Assembly (NCBI GenBank): GCA_021802125.1
Contig: JAKAAX010000003.1
Location: 148,300-212,299 of the forward strand
Length of the DNA: 64,000 bases
DNA from: Thermoplasmata archaeon
GTDB lineage: Archaea; Thermoplasmatota; Thermoplasmata; Lutacidiplasmatales; UBA184
Direction: 5' to 3'
Positions 53,324 to 62,822 of this stretch are shown here, piece after piece. Made by a program: the position numbers and the translations under genes. The stretch's first letter is position 1. Every line of letters begins with the position of its first letter. The notes below the pieces were generated by a model. That model saw nothing but the letters and a program-made list of their open reading frames with translations. It had not been told where the DNA came from and ran no database searches.

Positions 53324-56300
53324 ATGCCGGATCTTGCGCCCCTCCGTACCGAGCGCCCCTCCCCGGCCAGCTTCGCCCGAACGCCCTCCGGTTCCGACGG
53401 GGGCCGCTGGGGCCGATTCCTCTTCCCGGTCCTGCTGGCGGTTCTGCTCTCCGCGGGAGCCCCCTTGCTCGCGACCATGGGCAGCGGTGTGACCGCGGCC
53501 CCCCTGCCGCACGTCGTGACCCCTGGCCTGATCCACGTCACCGGGAGGATCATGCCCACGATCTCGGGAAGTCCCGAGGCCAAGGCCGGCGCCAGTTCCA
53601 CGTGGTGCCTGGGACTCTACCCCACTCCCAACATCTCCTACACCCCGGGCTGCTACGGCCACGACGAGCCCACGATCTCCTACATGTCCAGCGCGGCGAA
53701 CTCGGGCACCGACGCCTCTTGGTGGCAGGTCCTGCCCGCGAACGGGGCGAGCCTAGAGCAGGGCGACCTGTACGCCACCTTCTGGTACGGCGGGACGGTC
53801 GCGGACTCGGCCAGTCTGAACGGAGTGGCCTTCCTCGAGTGGCAGTTCTATCCCCTTGCGCCCGCGAGCACCGGAGCCGGCTCGGGGACCAACGACTGCC
53901 AGACCGGCGGGAACTTCAACGGGGCCTATCCTAACAACAATCAATGGTTCAGCTGCGTCATCGTCTGGGAGGTCGTAGGGGGCAACGAGCAGGCCGCCTA
54001 CGCGGGTCCGATGGACTACTGGAGCGGTGGGGTCGATTCCACCGCGATCATGGAGATGAACTCCGGCGACCACCTCTACGTCAACTATTCCGGCTCGACC
54101 ACCGGCAGCGGCTGGGCCCTGACGGTGCACGACCTGAACACCGGCCAGTTCGGCCGCGTGGTCATGGCGGGGGGCGGGAGCGTCGACCCCCGCGGGACGC
54201 TCAACCCCGATTCGAACGTCGCGACCTGGTGCCAGCTCAACTGGGGCGCGAGCTGCCCCGGGGAGATCGCCTGGGCCTACGAGATCGGCCACTCGCTCAA
54301 CCCTAGCGCGGGAGCGTCCTGCGTTCCCGGCGACGGGACCTGCGACAGCTACAGCCCCACGGCCTGGTCCTCCGTTGGGGACAACCAGCTCTCTCTGCCC
54401 CAGCTCGGAGCGCCAGGGGCGACCCAGTACCCGTTGCGTTACGGCTTCTCCTCGAGCCAGGGCGGGCTCACGGAGGTCAACGGCAGCGCCGGATGCCCCG
54501 GCGCCTCCAACTGCGTCTATCCGTGGTACGTCTACCAGTCGAAGGACTACTCCTTCACCTTCAGGGCAAGCGCCTCGACGAACAACACCTACGACTACGG
54601 GAACGCGAACCAGTACTCGACCACCTCGAACATCCACAAGGACTGGCAACCCCCCTACGCGAACGTCTCGTTCGTCGTGAACCGCGGGACCGCGGTCATC
54701 ACGGCGAACCCCGGGCGCATCAACCAGACCGGCGGAGCCTACACGAGCGGGAACCTCTCCTCCGGGTTCGCGGAAGGGACCTACCAGATCGCCGCCACCG
54801 CGGCCGGGTGCGCCGCCTACTCCCAGAGCTGGTACTTCCGGGCCGGGGTGCAGTACGTGGTGAACATCAACCTGGCCTGCGGCGGCGCCATCACCAACGT
54901 GAACTTCTTCACCAACCCCGCCACCTGCGGCAGCGTCAGCTTCAACGCGGGGACCTTCACCAACGGGCAGACCACCACGGTCTCCGCGGGCAGCTACCCG
55001 GTCTCCTCGAGCCCCTGCGCAGGGTACAACGTCGGGACGATCCAGGGTTCGGGAGCCGTTTCGGTCTCGGGAGGCACGGCCACCGCCGTCGCAGGCACGG
55101 GCAACATCTACGCCAACTTCACGGCGATCAACCCGAAGTACACCGTCAGCTTCTCCGTCCTCCCCGCCGGGCAGGGCAACGGGATCCTGTTCAACGGCAG
55201 CAAATGGTTCAACGGCCAGTCCTCGAGCTTCCTCGCCGGGAGCTACGCGGCCTCTCCGGCCCCCGCCCCGGGCTACCGCTTCACCGGATGGACCTCGAGC
55301 GGAGGCGTGGGCACGGTCTCGGGAGGGACCACAACCATCTCCGGAGCCGGGACCCTCACGGCCACCTACGTGGCGATGGACACCGTCTCCTTCGCGATCT
55401 CGCCCGCGACGCTGTGCAACGCGGCCACCACGTTCAACACCACCTCGACCTTCCTGAACGGCCAGCAGGGCTCGTTCAAGGGCGCGGGCGCGCAGTACCC
55501 CGCCTCGGCGGGGTCTTGCGCCGGCTACCGGTTCAGCAGCTGGACCACCTCCGGCGGGGTCGCCGTCACGACCCCCACCACGGCCACGACGACGGCCACG
55601 GTGACCGGCAACGGCACGCTCACGGCGAACTACGTGGCCGTCCCCAACTTCAACCTCGCGTTCTCGATCACCGGTATCTGCTCGGTGTCGCTGAACGGGA
55701 CGACCTACTACAACGGCGGGTCGACGACCCTCCCTGAGGGAACGTATCCCATCGTCGCGGCGGCTTGCCAGTACTTTGTGTTCTCGTCCTGGAGCACCAG
55801 CAGCGCCCTCCTCACCGTCGCCTCGGGGAGCAGCGTCTCCACGACGCTGGTCCTTGGCGCCAACGGCACCCTCACGGCCACTTTCAACCAGGTGGCGTTC
55901 CCGGTGCACGTCCAGATCACCCCGAGCAGCTGCTCGAACATCGGGGTCCAGATCGGTACCTCCTCCTTCACCAGCGGGCAGACCGACTACCTGGCCTCCG
56001 GGACATACCCGGTGGTCGCGGGGACCTGCAACAACGAGGCCCCTCTGCCGATCTTCCAGGTCGGAGGGGGCACCTCGCTCAGCTTCTCCGCAGGGAACCT
56101 CAAGGTCTCCGGCGGGGGCGGGACGTTCACCGTCCAGTACGTCCCCGTGCTCCACGCGTCGCTCACCGGACCGGGGTCCGCCACCACCGGGTCCCCGGCG
56201 ATGTTCGTGCTGAGCGTCACGGGTGGTGCGGCCCCCTACACGCTCTCCTGGCACATGGGCGACGGGGCGAACATGCTCTCGCCGCTCAACTCCGCGGCCA

Positions 56301-56617
56301 GCCCCGCCAGCGAGAACCACACCTACACCCGGTCCGGTAGCTACGTCGTGACGGTCTTCGTCAACGACTCGGACGGGCAGACCGTCATCGCCACCGCGCA
56401 GGTGACCGCGTCGGCCCCGTCCAGTGCGGGTGGCCTGCTCGGGCTCCTCGAGAACCCCCTCGTGCTGCTGCTGATCCTCGTCGTGGTCGTGGCCATCGTC
56501 GCGGTCGCGGTGCTGTCCAGGCGAAAGAAGAAGGGGAAGCTCCCCCAGGAGAGCGACTACTACCCCGCTCCTGGGCCCGAGGGCGCCCTCTACGCGCCGC
56601 CGCCCCCCCCGCCGTAG
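53324..56617 (+). CDS. giant surface protein: unrecognised head + InlB-B-repeat-like array + PKD + TM + polyproline tail
   Basis: 1097-aa ORF. Signal/anchor FLFPVLLAVLLSAGAPLLA. Head about aa 60-330 (CYGHDEPTISYMS...). Repeats carrying AGYNV, PGYRFTGWTSSGG, AGYRFSSWTTSGG, FVFSSWSTSS. PKD signature (SWHMGDGANM). NPLVLLLILVVVVAIVAVAVL + RRKKK. Tail ends YAPPPPPP. ttaatta at 53288-53294 lies upstream. Confidence 0.85.
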   Translation: MPDLAPLRTERPSPASFARTPSGSDGGRWGRFLFPVLLAVLLSAGAPLLATMGSGVTAAPLPHVVTPGLIHVTGRIMPTISGSPEAKAGASSTWCLGLYPTPNISYTPGCYGHDEPTISYMSSAANSGTDASWWQVLPANGASLEQGDLYATFWYGGTVADSASLNGVAFLEWQFYPLAPASTGAGSGTNDCQTGGNFNGAYPNNNQWFSCVIVWEVVGGNEQAAYAGPMDYWSGGVDSTAIMEMNSGDHLYVNYSGSTTGSGWALTVHDLNTGQFGRVVMAGGGSVDPRGTLNPDSNVATWCQLNWGASCPGEIAWAYEIGHSLNPSAGASCVPGDGTCDSYSPTAWSSVGDNQLSLPQLGAPGATQYPLRYGFSSSQGGLTEVNGSAGCPGASNCVYPWYVYQSKDYSFTFRASASTNNTYDYGNANQYSTTSNIHKDWQPPYANVSFVVNRGTAVITANPGRINQTGGAYTSGNLSSGFAEGTYQIAATAAGCAAYSQSWYFRAGVQYVVNINLACGGAITNVNFFTNPATCGSVSFNAGTFTNGQTTTVSAGSYPVSSSPCAGYNVGTIQGSGAVSVSGGTATAVAGTGNIYANFTAINPKYTVSFSVLPAGQGNGILFNGSKWFNGQSSSFLAGSYAASPAPAPGYRFTGWTSSGGVGTVSGGTTTISGAGTLTATYVAMDTVSFAISPATLCNAATTFNTTSTFLNGQQGSFKGAGAQYPASAGSCAGYRFSSWTTSGGVAVTTPTTATTTATVTGNGTLTANYVAVPNFNLAFSITGICSVSLNGTTYYNGGSTTLPEGTYPIVAAACQYFVFSSWSTSSALLTVASGSSVSTTLVLGANGTLTATFNQVAFPVHVQITPSSCSNIGVQIGTSSFTSGQTDYLASGTYPVVAGTCNNEAPLPIFQVGGGTSLSFSAGNLKVSGGGGTFTVQYVPVLHASLTGPGSATTGSPAMFVLSVTGGAAPYTLSWHMGDGANMLSPLNSAASPASENHTYTRSGSYVVTVFVNDSDGQTVIATAQVTASAPSSAGGLLGLLENPLVLLLILVVVVAIVAVAVLSRRKKKGKLPQESDYYPAPGPEGALYAPPPPPP

Positions 56618-56747
56618 GGTAAGGGCGCTCGCCTCGCGCTTGAGGGGGCCCTCCCGGAGGGAGGAATGGGGACTGCGGCGGCGGGAAAGCGGATCCCGCT
56701 CGCGCCAGCAGCTTTGCCGTGAAAGATGGGAAGGCGACCGCGACGGT

Positions 56748-57320
56748 TCACCGCGTTCGGATTAGCGGAGTCCAGCGCGGTCCCCAGGTCAGCCTCATCG
56801 GGGGCGAAACTGGCTTGCTGTCGATAGCGACTAGCCAACCCCCACCATATTTGGCGGATGGTGGATCTCCGATTGCCAACTGAAGCTCAATGGGCGCCTC
56901 AGTCGGAAGCATGAGCGAGTAGGGAAGCGTAACGTCCCAGTCCCCGAAGCTCCAAGTGCGGGTACCCCGACCTGCTCGTAGGTAGGTCGCGGTCGCGATG
57001 ACAGCGTGGACCTTCGCGTACAGCAGAGCCCCCTGCCCTTGGCGTCTCTGCCGCCTCCCGAATGCAAAGTAGACCAATGCCCCGATAAGTCCGTCCGCGC
57101 CCGCGACGGCGCCAAGGGCAGCGATAGCCCCAGGCAGCGTGACTGTCCCCCCCCTCGTGCCCGATCCCTGGGTGAGGGGAAGATGAAGGAGCACCAGGGC
57201 TGCGAAGACGGTCCAGCCAATGAGGGTGATCACGAGGAAGATTGACCCAATTCTAAGTTGGCGTTGACCCGCCGAGGCGAGGAAATTGCGTTCTTGTTCG
57301 CTGAGCGGTCTTGCCTCCAA
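56748..57320 (-). CDS. hypothetical membrane protein in a low-GC patch
   Basis: 190-aa ORF with two or three hydrophobic segments and a C-terminal soluble part. Hand-counted G+C is about 55% here. No family recognised. Confidence 0.45.
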   Translation of the reverse strand: MEARPLSEQERNFLASAGQRQLRIGSIFLVITLIGWTVFAALVLLHLPLTQGSGTRGGTVTLPGAIAALGAVAGADGLIGALVYFAFGRRQRRQGQGALLYAKVHAVIATATYLRAGRGTRTWSFGDWDVTLPYSLMLPTEAPIELQLAIGDPPSAKYGGGWLVAIDSKPVSPPMRLTWGPRWTPLIRTR

Positions 57321-57911
57321 TGCCGTAACGCCAAGGCTCTCGTGAAGCTCTGACTCCTCCTGGTCTCATAGAGAGCCAGGTTGGATACGAAACTACCCCT
57401 CAGACACGCGCATCCCGGGTGAATCCAGATGGAGCACTTAGCCCTCCGCCGCCGATCTTTTCTAACGGTGTCTCGGAACATCTTGCCGCGTCTCCTTCGC
57501 TCTCGGCTCCTGAAGGTGGCCGCTCGATCCATCGAATGGCCCACCACCCGCGGAGGATTGAACTGCTCGCCCGTCGGCGCGAGCTTTTCCAGACCCCCCG
57601 CGTGGCACTCCACCGGGGTGAGCTGACTGGCATGAGTGGGGGTCGGGACCCTCCCGTTGTTCCCCACCGTCTGGGCACGGAGCTCGGGGGTCCAGTGGCT
57701 GCTCGCGCTCTACCGGATCAAGTAGCTTGGCTGATCTGGAAGATCTGTGCCGGCTTGCCCTCGATTGCGTTCTGACCGTGCCGAGCAAAGCGAAGCGGGT
57801 AATGCCCTCGCTCAACGGAGAGGTCTCGGACCCGAGTGACCATGCGGGGGAGAGCGCTCCCCCGGAAATTACTGGCGGTCTGGACCCCGAACGAGCTTCA
57901 CGGCCGGGCCA

Positions 57912-60900
57912 CTAGGTCTTCCGACCACTTGTCGGACTAGGCCGGCGCGGGGAGGAACGCTTCCCGCGCGGCCGAAGCGGGAGGGTCCACGCGACCAGCA
58001 GGCTCGCGAGCAGCACCACCGCCGCCCCTGCCAGCACTCCCACCACCATCTCCATCGCTGGGGATGCGGAGGATACCTGGAGGCTGACGATCGGGCCGCT
58101 GACGTTGAACCCATCGGGCGCGGTCTCCTGGATCCAGAGGTCGTACACCCCCGCCGAAGGTACGTTCACGGTGGCGCTTCCGGGACCTGTCGACGGTAGC
58201 TCGGCGCTGCATCCCAGAGTGACGCCGGACCCGTCGGCCAGGCAAACCTCTAGGGTGGACACTTCCGGAAGGGTGGACGCCCCCCAGGAGACGTTCAAGG
58301 AAAGGCCGTTCGGAGCGATCTCGGGGGTGGGCGCGCTCCATTGCGGGGTGAAGTCGATCGGCGCGCTCGTCGCGGAGCGGCCGTCGAGGGTGGAGACCGT
58401 GAGGGAGATCGTGCTCGTCTGCCCGTTGGGAAGCGGCGTCCCGGTCCAGGTCCGCGCGCTCGAAGGTAGGCCCAGGTCGATCCCCGAGGTGCCGACGGAC
58501 GGGGTCGTCAGATGGACCGTCCACGACTGGAAATGGTCGATGGGGAGCGAGGTCCAGTTGAGGGTCGGGACGCCCGGAAGTCCCGGGGCTTCCTGCACCG
58601 CGAGCGACGGGCCCACGAGGGGGGTAACCCAGGTCGCGGGCACGGAGGAGTTGCTTCCCCCGTAGAGCGAGTCGACGCGCACCACCACGGTCGCCTGGCT
58701 ATCGAGTGCCAGTCCCGTGAGCGTCGTCTCCGTCTGAGCGGGGTTGGCGAAGGTCTGGTTCACCGAGAGGGGGGCGGAGTCGATGCCCACCAGCACATCG
58801 TAGGACGCGAAGCCCGGGCCTGTGTAGGGGGTCCAACGGACGTCCACCGAGCCGGGAACAGGACCGCTCAGCACCACCGAGGGGGCCGCGGGGAGCGGTA
58901 GGACCTGGATCTGCACCGTCGCGGGATAGGTCACGGCCCCTGTCGTGTCCGAGGCCACCGCCTCCGCCCAAGCCATGCCGGCGGAGGCGAAAACGTGCTG
59001 AACGCTGACCCCGGTGGCCGTGGTCCCGTCCGAGAAGAGCCAGCCCACGGAGGTGGTCGCCCCAGAGCCTCCGGACACCGACGCGTGGAGGTCGACGGGC
59101 GCTCCTACGGAGGTGCGGTTGGAGGAGACGTTCACCGAGACCGAGAGGGGGAGGTCGCCCACGGCGAGGAGGTCCCCACTCGTCTCCGCCGCGTACAGGA
59201 CGCCGTCACAAAGCGCCGGTGGAGCCGTGAGCGTGCCGGACAGCGCGAGGGTCCACTGCTGGGCGCCGGTAGGGGCGGCGAAGGACCCCAGCTCGGGCTG
59301 CGTCCCCTGCAGCGTTTCCTCATACACCGAGCTCGCCCCCACCACCGGGGCGCTCAGGGCTGGTGCGGAGCCGCGCCAAAGGAGCGAGCCGTTGAGCTCC
59401 GAGACCGCTACGAGGGGACCCGCTCCGTTCGTCGCGAAGACCCGTCCGTCGCCGAGGGCCGCAGGGAGGAGGGGGGTGGAGGAGTTGCCGATCCCGACGT
59501 CCCACCAGGGAGGGGTGCCGGAAACCGCGCCCTCGAGGTGCCCGTCCGCTCCCGCGAGGGTGACCATCCCGTCGCCGTAGATCCCCCAAGCCCCGCCGCC
59601 GATCCCGTCCGGGAGTGACGGGTAGCCCGCGGACCGGATGCTGAAGGCGTTCACCGAGGCTGGTGCCCAGCTTGTCGGCGGTGCCTGGCCGTAGAGGTTG
59701 AGGTCCCCGTAGGCGAGGGTCTCGTTGGGAAGCGTACCGAAGAGGCCTTCCTGCCAGAGGAGCGCCCCGGTGCTCGCGTTCACGGCCGAAAGGAGGTCCG
59801 GTCCGGCGACGTAGACGTTCCCCAGCACCGGGACCGGGGTTCCGAGCAACCCGTACGGCCAGTTCGAGGGATCCACTTCGGTCTGCCATTCGATCGCCCC
59901 CGTCGAAGCGTTGAGCGCCACGAGGGTCGTCTGTCCAAGGGTCGCCGACCCACCGAGGACGAAGACCCTCCCTTTGGCGACGCTCGGTCCGCTGCGGAGG
60001 CCTTCGTTGAGCGTGGAGAGGGAGGTCTGCCAGTCGGTCGCGAGCGTCAACGGGTCCAAGCCCCACAGCGTGCCGTTCGCTTCGGCGGCCACGACCACGC
60101 CCTGAGAGGGGTTGGGAGCCGCCACGGCCAGACCCACGACCGAGCCTGGACCGAGCGCAGCGCTCGCCAGGATGTGATTGTCCGTCGGCCCCGGCGCACC
60201 GGAGTCCGCGGTCTGAGAGACCGGCCCCCTCGGCGTGGTCCAGTCGGCGAGGCGAGCTGACCCGAGGACCGTGATGTTGAGCGCAGAGCGCAGATGGGAG
60301 CCCCCGGTGTCATTGACCCAGAGGACCGCCTGGTACGTTCCCGGATAGGGGAAGACGTGGGTCAACAGCGGGCCGGAGGCGTTCTCTCCCTGGTCGAAGG
60401 TCCAGAGGACCGAGGCGTTCGCGAGCGCGGGGGGGAAGCCCGTGCCGACCGTCGTCGTCCCTCCAGAGACCGAGGCGCGGAGCTCGACCGGCAGGGGTGC
60501 GGGGCCCAAGACCGGTAGCCCCGAAGCGTTGGCCCAGAGGCGAGGGTCGACCTTGTACGGTAGAACGAAGCTTCCGACGTCTCCGGCCTGGTCGGTGACG
60601 GTCAGGTTGACGAGATAGGTCCCGGGGAGGGCGTAGGTGTGAACCTCTGTCTGGTTCCCCAGTGCGTGCAGTCCATCGCCGAAGTCCCACGAGAAGCTGG
60701 TGTAACTCCCGATCCCGCCGAGGACCGACGGCGCGAAGGCGACCGGGATCCCCGCGTCGGAGACCGATCGGTTGGGGGTCACGAGCGGATGCAGCTCGGT
60801 GGACGCTTGGATGGGCACGGGGTTGGTGAGGCAGAGGTTGCCTCCCACGTGGGTGGGGCCGAAGACGCACGCCTCGACCTGGATCGTGTACGTGCCGAGA

Positions 60901-62372
60901 GGTGAGGCCGGGTAGGTGTACGAGGCGTTCCCGGACCCGTTCTGTTCCTGGGGTGCCCCCAGCCCCCAGTCCACCGTGTAGTACCACCACGACCCACGCG
61001 GAGGTACGAAGGCGGTGAGCCCCAAGAGAAGCGGTCCCCGTCCGTCCGGCGGCGAGGGGTTGGTCCGGACCACCATGGGCCCGGGCAGCTCGACGTGGAC
61101 CGACAGGGGACCTGGCGCGCTGCCCAGGGCCCAGTAGGTCAGTCCGCTTGAGGTGACGTTCGCTTCAAGCACCTCCCAGGGGACGAAGTCGCCGCTCCAA
61201 TTGTAGCGCAGCTCGCTCTGTCCCCCGGACCCTGTCGAGCTCGAGTTCGCGGAGGAGCTGCCGTTGTCCGAGTAGACCCGGAAGAGGTAGGAGCCGGGAC
61301 CGGAGATCAGGCTCGGGGAGCTGGTCGCGAGCACGGGGAGCGGCACCTGCCCCGTCGTGGTCGAGAGCGACAGGAGCGGCTGGGCGGCGACGGTCATGTT
61401 CCAGGCCTCGTGCCCGGGGCCCCCGAGGTAGGCGGTCGCGCCTCCCGCCGCCGCTCCGGAGAGGACGCTGGAGACCTGCAGGGTGTAGAGGTCAGAAGAT
61501 CGGAGCTCGACCAGGGGCCAGAACACCAGGTCCTGAGCGGTCGCCGCGGTCACGACCGACGCCTGACCCCATGTGTTGAGGGGATGGGTCGTGTCCGCGA
61601 GGGTCAGGTTCACGAAGAGCGACCAGCCGGCGGGCTGCGACAGCAGCGGGAGGGTGTCCACCCAGGTGGAGACCTTGGCGACCTGGGAGGTGCCGGCGGG
61701 CAGGTCGAACGACGCGGTCCCGGGGGACCCCACCGAGGCCGCGATCAGGGGCGTGGAGTTGACCTCGAGGTCGGTGGAACGGTTGAAGGCCAGGAACAGC
61801 GCCCGCCGAGCGGTGGTCCCGTCCCCCACCAAGCAGGTGGCCGAGAGGGTGCACCAGGCGGAGAGGGTGACCCGGTACGTGGCAGTGACGTTCAGCGGGA
61901 GGACCTCGGAGGTGGAGAAATTGTACCACTGTTCGGGCAGCGCGAGCGTGGTCCCGTTCAGGTACCGGACGCTGCTGCCGTTCCCGAGATCGGTGACGGT
62001 CACCACGATCTTCGCGATGGACCCTTCGTACCCCGCGTCCACCCAGGTGAATGCTCCGTCGAGAGAGGAGGTTCCCGGTGGGAGGAGGGACTGGAAGGCC
62101 ACGCTCCAAGTGGGGGGAGGGCTGTGGATGGACGGGTCCTGGAGGAAGGAGTTCCCGAGGCCCAAGTAGGTCGCGTGGGCGCTCGGGGTCGCTAGGGACC
62201 TCGTGCCCGCGACGAGCCCAGCGCTCGGCAGACCGTTGGCGCGCGTCGGGGCTGCCCCGCCCCCGGGAACGGAGGCAGACAGAAGGAGCACCACGACCGC
62301 GAGCAGGCTACCGAGGAGCAGCCGACGGGAGACATGCGGGGGTCGCATCGTTCCGCAGGAGGGGGATGGCAT
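57912..62372 (-). CDS. giant surface protein with PQQ-type beta-propeller, PKD and FN3-like modules and C-terminal TM anchor
   Basis: ORF 57912..62444. PQQ-like blades (GTLWGLDPLTLATDWQT, STGAIEWQT, STGALLWQE). PKD signatures (SWDFGDGLH, WLFSDGTT). FN3-like C-terminal modules. TM MVVGVLAGAAVVLLASLLVAW. tataaat at 62412-62418 lies downstream of ATG 62444, so the start is more likely ATG 62372 or 62348. Confidence 0.85.
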   Translation of the reverse strand: MPSPSCGTMRPPHVSRRLLLGSLLAVVVLLLSASVPGGGAAPTRANGLPSAGLVAGTRSLATPSAHATYLGLGNSFLQDPSIHSPPPTWSVAFQSLLPPGTSSLDGAFTWVDAGYEGSIAKIVVTVTDLGNGSSVRYLNGTTLALPEQWYNFSTSEVLPLNVTATYRVTLSAWCTLSATCLVGDGTTARRALFLAFNRSTDLEVNSTPLIAASVGSPGTASFDLPAGTSQVAKVSTWVDTLPLLSQPAGWSLFVNLTLADTTHPLNTWGQASVVTAATAQDLVFWPLVELRSSDLYTLQVSSVLSGAAAGGATAYLGGPGHEAWNMTVAAQPLLSLSTTTGQVPLPVLATSSPSLISGPGSYLFRVYSDNGSSSANSSSTGSGGQSELRYNWSGDFVPWEVLEANVTSSGLTYWALGSAPGPLSVHVELPGPMVVRTNPSPPDGRGPLLLGLTAFVPPRGSWWYYTVDWGLGAPQEQNGSGNASYTYPASPLGTYTIQVEACVFGPTHVGGNLCLTNPVPIQASTELHPLVTPNRSVSDAGIPVAFAPSVLGGIGSYTSFSWDFGDGLHALGNQTEVHTYALPGTYLVNLTVTDQAGDVGSFVLPYKVDPRLWANASGLPVLGPAPLPVELRASVSGGTTTVGTGFPPALANASVLWTFDQGENASGPLLTHVFPYPGTYQAVLWVNDTGGSHLRSALNITVLGSARLADWTTPRGPVSQTADSGAPGPTDNHILASAALGPGSVVGLAVAAPNPSQGVVVAAEANGTLWGLDPLTLATDWQTSLSTLNEGLRSGPSVAKGRVFVLGGSATLGQTTLVALNASTGAIEWQTEVDPSNWPYGLLGTPVPVLGNVYVAGPDLLSAVNASTGALLWQEGLFGTLPNETLAYGDLNLYGQAPPTSWAPASVNAFSIRSAGYPSLPDGIGGGAWGIYGDGMVTLAGADGHLEGAVSGTPPWWDVGIGNSSTPLLPAALGDGRVFATNGAGPLVAVSELNGSLLWRGSAPALSAPVVGASSVYEETLQGTQPELGSFAAPTGAQQWTLALSGTLTAPPALCDGVLYAAETSGDLLAVGDLPLSVSVNVSSNRTSVGAPVDLHASVSGGSGATTSVGWLFSDGTTATGVSVQHVFASAGMAWAEAVASDTTGAVTYPATVQIQVLPLPAAPSVVLSGPVPGSVDVRWTPYTGPGFASYDVLVGIDSAPLSVNQTFANPAQTETTLTGLALDSQATVVVRVDSLYGGSNSSVPATWVTPLVGPSLAVQEAPGLPGVPTLNWTSLPIDHFQSWTVHLTTPSVGTSGIDLGLPSSARTWTGTPLPNGQTSTISLTVSTLDGRSATSAPIDFTPQWSAPTPEIAPNGLSLNVSWGASTLPEVSTLEVCLADGSGVTLGCSAELPSTGPGSATVNVPSAGVYDLWIQETAPDGFNVSGPIVSLQVSSASPAMEMVVGVLAGAAVVLLASLLVAWTLPLRPRGKRSSPRRPSPTSGRKT

Positions 62373-62822
62373 TCGAGAGTGCCCGGCAGGAGGACGCAGC
62401 CCTCTACCCTCTATAAATCGGCACCACACGTAAGACGCTCTCACTGCCTTCCCTCGAGAGGGGGATACGGTGGTTCCTCCTAGTCAGGGCCCGTCCGCGG
62501 GCGGAGACTGCCCTACCCACTGGGACGTTCAGCGACTACCCCCCAGGGCCTCTCTTCGGCACGGAATGGCTCCGCCGTCCATAGGGGGATTCCGCTCCCA
62601 CAGAGGCTCCTGCGTCCTCCAGCGCGCTTCCCCGGCCCCCGACAGGGACACGGCTCCAGGGGACATTCCCATCCGGGCCAGTCGTTCTCCGTTCGCCGTC
62701 TCGGGGGAGTGGGTTCAAGCTGAGGAAGGACCATACGGGGGCGCTCCAAACAGCACAAGTGGAACTCAGCAGGGTCTCAGAGGTTCTCGGATTTCTTTGA
62801 TCGGACCAGGGTGAGGCGGCGG

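Noticed and set aside
53753-56320. 855-aa ORF antisense to the 53324..56617 surface gene. The same applies to 59320..60066, 60310..60990 and 61492..62109 within the 57912 gene, and to 34083..36131 antisense to the 33987 gene.
   Set aside because: Shadow ORFs with Arg/Gly/Asp-rich composition. The sense frames carry PKD and repeat signatures.
57230-57667. Possible tyrosine-recombinase remnant on the minus strand (a ...VVGHSMDRAATFRS... segment vaguely like LLGHSxxxTTxxY, preceded by an H...AGG...L stretch).
   Set aside because: The resemblance is limited to a GHS tripeptide and loose spacing. There is no RHxxR/HxLRH box, the would-be catalytic Tyr is Phe, and no flanking direct repeats or tRNA were found. 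It is too weak to call a mobile element.
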